NCBI GenBank assembly: GCA_030704615.1
Contig: CM060732.1
Location: 26,908,001-26,972,000 of the forward strand
DNA length: 64,000 nucleotides
Direction of reading: 5' to 3'
Source: Takakia lepidozioides
Taxonomy: Eukaryota; Plantae; Bryophyta
Positions 63,307 to 64,000 of this stretch are shown here, in pieces (the first letter of the stretch is position 1; each line of letters opens with the position of its first letter). A program made the position numbers and the translations under genes. The notes under the pieces are model-generated. The model made no database searches. It was not told where the DNA came from and saw only the letters and a list, made by a program, of their open reading frames with translations.

Positions 63307-63600
63307 CAGTGTTGGGCGGTTCCTGCATTTGTGAAGGAACCTTCGATTCCGGTTCCACAACTGTTTGAAGAGACGGTTCCGGTTATTTTGTATTAAGGCG
63401 GTTTCGGTCCGGTTCTAGTTCTGACTTTTTAACATGGGGGCAGTTCCAGTTACCGATTAGATTCATGTTTTGTGGGACCGCACGTGTGTGTGCCGGGGGC
63501 CATCTTTTTTCCAACTATCCCCAGGGGAGAGCGAAAAACACCCATTCCCGGGTAGGTTCCGGTTCCTTTTCTGAAAAAAAATATTTTAATTTATTTTATC
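63307..63600. mobile_element. Left end of a hAT-type element (CAGTGTTG family)
   Basis: CAGTGTTGGGCGGTTCC followed by CGGTTCC subterminal repeats; right end not in the window. Confidence 0.6.
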
Positions 63601-64000
63601 CTTCTGGAAAATTAGATGAACTGGTCCGATTGGTCAAACTGAATATTCAGAAATTTCAACTAAAAGCAGGGAAGTTTTTGGTAAAACAGAAATAAATAAA
63701 CTTATATAATTTTTGTGATTGTCAAGCTAAGTACACATGGTCTCGTTAGAAACAGAAAACCAGAGATTTTATAAGTTTTCGTCTGGTGTAGCAAGGAACA
63801 ACTAAAATAAATGCATGGAATTCATGCAAGCCCTGCCGTATAGTAATTATGAATAGGTAATAAAAATCTGGAAGTTCACATAATTAGTCTATTAATAAAT
63901 ATCAAGGTAACAGGATTTGAGCCCTGAATCACCCAGGCAAGTAATAGCCGATGGACTTTCATTTATGGCATGCACAAGAAGTTGACCAGATATCATTCAT

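Overview
Eukaryotic land-plant nuclear DNA (GT-AG introns, a plastid transketolase, a plant cytosolic tRNA-His; probably a non-seed plant, organism not certain). It is gene-poor and rich in mobile elements. Host content is one intact 7-exon transketolase gene (25306-29140, +), tRNA-His(GUG) (30055-30126) and a fibrillin/PAP12-like pseudogene fragment (about 60611-61460, -). The main feature is an 11.6-kb Mutator-like transposon (7122-18755) bounded by a perfect 9-bp target-site duplication (TSD), TCCCAAAAG. It carries two divergent genes: a MULE DDE/SWIM transposase (+) and a spliced gene (-) fusing a ParB/Srx-type domain (DGNHR) to the C-terminal part of a bacterial-type beta-class N6A/N4C DNA methyltransferase. 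The first intron of that gene is filled by a 2.6-kb higher-order array of about 21 copies of a 40-bp palindrome. Together these suggest a transposon-borne ParB-MTase plus palindromic-site module. This copy has lesions and no visible catalytic motif IV, so function is inference. The rest is a second, long-TIR MULE, hAT and Stowaway-like MITEs, a tRNA-derived SINE family, Gypsy and LINE remnants, and minisatellites.
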